A stretch of 26,402 nucleotides of DNA from NCBI GenBank assembly GCA_965371515.1, contig CBDUYR010000039.1, positions 1 to 26,402 on the forward strand, in the 5' to 3' direction. The translations under genes were made by a program, and so were the position numbers. The DNA comes from an uncultured bacterium. GTDB taxonomy: Bacteria > Krumholzibacteriota > Krumholzibacteriia > Krumholzibacteriales > Krumholzibacteriaceae. The notes beneath the pieces were generated by a model. That model made no database searches, was not told the origin of the DNA, and worked only from the letters and a program-made list of their open reading frames with translations. Shown piece after piece: positions 24,209 to 26,402 of this stretch (position 1 is its first letter; each line of letters opens with the position of its first letter).

Positions 24209-25951
24209 ATGAGCGATCAGCGGGAAAAGATCCGCATAGGGCTGGCCCAGGTCAATCCCACGGTGGGGGACCTCAAGGGTAACGCCAGACTCGTAAGGAG
24301 ATGGATCGGCGAGGCGAAGAAGCGCGGCGTCCAGCTGCTCGCCTTCCCCGAGCTCGTCCTCTGCGGCTACCCGCCGGAGGACCTCCTGCACAAGCCAACC
24401 TTCCTCAGAGACTGCGAGAAGGAGCTGAAGTCCCTCGCCCGGGCTGCGAGCGGGATCGCCGTGATAGTCGGCTGCCCCGAGAAGCCGAAGAAACGCGGCG
24501 GCCCCCTCTACAACAGCGCCTGGCTCCTCTACAGGGGAAAGGTCGCGGCCCGCTACCGCAAGATCAACCTGCCGAACTACGGCGTTTTCGACGAGAAGAG
24601 ATATTTCACCAGCGGCTCGGCCGCGACCGTCCTCGATTTCGCCGGCACAAAGGTCGGCCTCAACATATGCGAGGACGTCTGGGTCGACGACGGACCGATC
24701 GGCTGCCAGGCCCTGACAGGAGGCGCCAGTATCGTCGTGAATATCTCGGCGTCCCCCTACCACCGCCGCAAGGGGCCCGAGAGGGAAAAACTGATGCAGC
24801 GCAGGGCTCGCGAGAACGGTGTCTGGCTCTGCTACATCAACCTCCTCGGAGGCCAGGATGAGCTCCTCTTCGACGGGAGCAGCGTGATCTGCTCGCCGCG
24901 GGGAGAGACCGTCGCGAGGGCCGCCCCGTTCAGCGAAGAGATGATAATCGCCGATATTCCCGTCAGGCAGGGAACGAAACCGGCCGGGCCGGGCGATTCG
25001 TGCGGCACGGCTTCGCTCGAAACGGTCAGCCTTCCCGCGCTCCCGCGACGCAGTCGCCCGCCCCTGCCTCGAAAGCGCAGGGCTCCCCATCCCGACCCCG
25101 TCGAAGAGATATACGGCGCCCTGGTGATGGGAACGAGGGATTACATACGCAAGAACGGGTTCATGGGAGTCGTCCTCGGCCTCAGCGGAGGAATCGACTC
25201 GGCCCTGACCGCCGCGATAGCCGTAGACTCCGTCGGGCCGGAGCGCGTCCACGCCGTTACGATGCCCTCGGGATTCACATCGAGGGGAACGCTCGGCGAC
25301 GCGAAGAGGCTCGCGGAAAACCTCGGCATACCCCTCTACGAGTACCCGATCTCCGGGATCTTCGAGGCCTACCGCGACCTTCTCCACCCGACTGTGCCGA
25401 AAAAGGGGATAGGGATCACAGAGGAGAACATCCAGGCGCGCATCAGGGGAAACATCCTGATGGCCCTCTCGAACCGTTTCGGGTGGCTCGTGCTCGCCAC
25501 GGGGAACAAGAGCGAGGTCGCCGTCGGCTACTGCACCCTCTACGGCGACATGGTCGGCGGATTCGCCGTGCTCAAGGACGTCCCCAAGACGATGGTCTAC
25601 GCGCTGAGCCGCTGGAGGAACCGCGAGGCGGGCAGCACGCTGATCCCCGCCTCGACGATAAGACGGAAGCCGTCGGCCGAGCTGAGGCCGGACCAGGTCG
25701 ACGAGGATTCCCTCCCTCCATATCCTGTACTCGACCGGATCATCGAACTCTACGTGGAGGGCGACCTCTCGCCCCGGGAGATCGTCGCTACAGGTATTGA
25801 CCGCTCCACCGTCCGAAAAATCATCAGGATGATAGACATGAACGAGTACAAGCGGAGGCAGGCCCCCCCCGGCATCAAGATCACCCCGAAGGCCTTCGGG
25901 CGCGACCGCAGGCTCCCCATCACCAACAGGTACCGGCCGGGAGGCCGGTGA
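24209..25951 (+). CDS. nadE: Glutamine-dependent NAD+ synthetase
   Basis: Glutaminase domain (FPEL, YRKINLPNYGVFDEKRYF, ICEDVW) fused to the synthetase domain (GLSGGIDSA, ENIQARIRG, GNKSE, PSAELRPDQ, EYKRRQ); extended -10 TGTTACAAT at 24182-24190. Confidence 0.97.
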   Translation: MSDQREKIRIGLAQVNPTVGDLKGNARLVRRWIGEAKKRGVQLLAFPELVLCGYPPEDLLHKPTFLRDCEKELKSLARAASGIAVIVGCPEKPKKRGGPLYNSAWLLYRGKVAARYRKINLPNYGVFDEKRYFTSGSAATVLDFAGTKVGLNICEDVWVDDGPIGCQALTGGASIVVNISASPYHRRKGPEREKLMQRRARENGVWLCYINLLGGQDELLFDGSSVICSPRGETVARAAPFSEEMIIADIPVRQGTKPAGPGDSCGTASLETVSLPALPRRSRPPLPRKRRAPHPDPVEEIYGALVMGTRDYIRKNGFMGVVLGLSGGIDSALTAAIAVDSVGPERVHAVTMPSGFTSRGTLGDAKRLAENLGIPLYEYPISGIFEAYRDLLHPTVPKKGIGITEENIQARIRGNILMALSNRFGWLVLATGNKSEVAVGYCTLYGDMVGGFAVLKDVPKTMVYALSRWRNREAGSTLIPASTIRRKPSAELRPDQVDEDSLPPYPVLDRIIELYVEGDLSPREIVATGIDRSTVRKIIRMIDMNEYKRRQAPPGIKITPKAFGRDRRLPITNRYRPGGR

Positions 25952-26402
25952 TCCCCGTGACTATCAGGCCTTATCTTCCAGAGGATCACCCTGGTGTCAT
26001 AAGTACCGTAAAGGCCTCGTACGACTCGCTCGGGTACACGATGGACTTCAATGAGTTCGACTGTGACCTCGATTCTATCCCGGAGACGTACCAGGACAGC
26101 GGCGGCGAGTTCTGGGTCCTCGAAGACGACGGGCTCGTCGCCGGATGTATCGGCGTAACGTGCGAGGACACCGAGAGGTGCGAGCTTCACCGCCTCTACC
26201 TGCTGCCTTCGCACAGAGGCAGGGGCTTCGGCAGGAAACTCATCGAGACGGTCGTATCGTGGTGCCGCGAGAACGGGTGCAGGGAGATCTTTCTCTGGTC
26301 GGATTTAAAATTCGAGGCGGCGCGGGAAGTCTACATCCGCTGCGGATTTTCCCCGACGCAGGAGACTAGGGCGATCGATCCGGTCAATCCGGAGAGCGTC
26401 GA
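25948..26402 (+). CDS. GNAT family N-acetyltransferase (3' end outside the window)
   Basis: Manually translated from GTG overlapping the nadE stop (GTGA; alternative 25957): TIRPYLPEDH...GEFWVLEDDG...ELHRLYLLPSHRGRGFGRKLI...AAREVYIRCGF. Acetyl-CoA motif RGRGFG; no stop before the edge; absent from the ORF track. Confidence 0.88.
   Translation, partial: MIPVTIRPYLPEDHPGVISTVKASYDSLGYTMDFNEFDCDLDSIPETYQDSGGEFWVLEDDGLVAGCIGVTCEDTERCELHRLYLLPSHRGRGFGRKLIETVVSWCRENGCREIFLWSDLKFEAAREVYIRCGFSPTQETRAIDPVNPESV

Overview
GC-rich bacterial chromosomal window from a diderm organism (lipoproteins, beta-barrels, sigma54-type promoters). It holds about 26 genes and no recognisable mobile elements, CRISPR arrays, rRNA or tRNA. 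From left to right: (1) a DUF11/Ig-like surface-protein pair, the large gene running off the left edge and missing from the ORF track, behind a sigma54-type promoter; (2) a YHS-like lipoprotein and a rhodanese-MauE/DoxX-DUF3996 cluster; (3) an orphan ParB-N protein, then a structured intergenic region with an ECF-type promoter and no gene; (4) a UPF0489-like/TPR lipoprotein, apgM, an MBL-fold lipoprotein, arsR-trxA and dapA-dapB; (5) a rearranged pga-like (PNAG exopolysaccharide) operon in order D-C-A-B, also behind a sigma54-type promoter; (6) an Lrp / PLP gamma-lyase / homoserine dehydrogenase / aldehyde dehydrogenase operon that looks like a catabolic route through homoserine, divergent from a nitrilase-family gene lacking the canonical catalytic Lys; (7) a DUF4097 protein with a SigW-like promoter, nadE and a GNAT gene running off the right edge. 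Best candidates for new biology are the DUF11 donor-hairpin fibre system, the gamma-lyase/homoserine operon, the variant pga locus and the putative ECF-driven sRNA. All family calls come from motif recognition by eye; no database searches were run.
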